Below, piece after piece: positions 63,401 through 64,000 of a DNA stretch of 64,000 bases. Numbering within the stretch: the first letter of the stretch is position 1; the number at the start of each line of letters is the position of its first letter. This DNA comes from Monocercomonoides exilis PA203 (taxonomy: Eukaryota > Protista > Preaxostyla). The notes under the pieces are model-generated. The model did not search any database and was not told the origin of the DNA. It saw nothing but the letters and a program-made list of their open reading frames with translations. Where the stretch lies: NCBI GenBank assembly GCA_001643675.2, contig LSRY02000025.1, positions 1,178,001 to 1,242,000 of the forward strand. The letters run 5' to 3'. Made by a program: the position numbers and the translations under genes.

Positions 63401-64000
63401 GTCCATCCATCAGTCACACCAACAGGCACTCAATCGAGTCTCAACAGCAGCAGTTCTCCTTTAACGACGCCTGTTGAGTCATCTTCTGATGATTCCTCAT
63501 TCAACACAACTCCCACTCCTTCACAGACACCAACACAGACACCTTCTCCTCTGCCTTCTGAGCAGTCTGGTTCCACCTCTGCATCTCTTCCTGCCAGTCA
63601 TTCTTCTCCATCATCATCATCTTCTTCTTCTTCTTCTTCAGATTTGATCTCATCTGACCATTCACTCTTAGATCAATATTCTGCCTTCTATCCTTTCTCT
63701 TCGTCTTTTGGCGCAAGTCCTCTTTTCCCTTCATATTCAGGCTCATCTCCTTCATCCACCATTCCTCTCTTTTCTCTCACTTCTGATTCACATCACATAA
63801 ACACCAAGCAATCCTTGCTGATTTCTGCCTCTTCTTCTTCTTCTTCTGTTGCCATTGATCCGTCTACACTTCTTTCGCAAACACAAAATGTCCCTTCAAC
63901 TTTAACTCCCACAACATCCTCTTCCTCTTCAGAAATATCTCCCTCTCTCAGTTCTCTGACTTCATCTGAGCCATCACCTGCACTCTCCACATCATCAGCC
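60437..64000 (+). CDS. PERK/IRE1-type ER stress sensor (signal peptide, luminal beta-sheet domain, single TM); 3'-truncated; exons 60437-60667, 60829-61091, 61147-61649, 61809->64000
   Basis: Signal peptide MYGWIILILLSFSRC; IIFGTMDGTIFALDEYTGKKLWSF, IYPSLDGYLY, KFPLNVVDFL, SRTTHTVEAKEVKSGKILWSVSVGEY. Three in-phase GT-AG introns. The last exon is open to the window end with TM VSVILILVIVVFVAFFTFKISALF at about 63209-63280. No kinase domain lies within the window. Confidence 0.8.

Noticed and set aside
61770-63990. Listed ORFs in the last 2.2 kb (e.g. 62303..63052 minus)
   Set aside because: The real frame is the unlisted plus-strand exon from 61809, open to the window end.

Overview
Eukaryotic, AT-rich genomic DNA with short spliceosomal introns (42-160 nt) and the standard genetic code. 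Composition, Ser/Glu-rich proteins and a typical expanded gene family suggest the oxymonad Monocercomonoides or a close relative; this is inference, not a database result. The window contains, in order: (1) a 5'-truncated Cys-rich gene with a split CXC domain and a ZCCHC4-like Zn cluster; (2) a lineage-specific family gene with two GC-AG introns; (3) a ~10 kb repeat/pseudogene zone holding a (TAA)n tract with a hairpin, a decayed gene, degenerate foldback repeats, a 450-bp pogo-type MITE and a pogo DD35D transposase pseudogene; (4) a small WWE-like + CBM48 gene; (5) a 1.9k-aa Glu-rich protein, divergent from (6) a 1.06k-aa coiled-coil protein; (7) a small secreted protein; (8) a ~10,900-aa UBR4/BIG E3 ligase with a 32.5-kb terminal exon; and (9), head-to-head with UBR4 and 243 bp away, a PERK/IRE1-type ER stress sensor (luminal domain + TM) that runs off the window end. 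The most notable items are the UBR4 / ER-sensor pair, the doubled-size UBR4 with added UIMs, and the WWE-CBM48 fusion.
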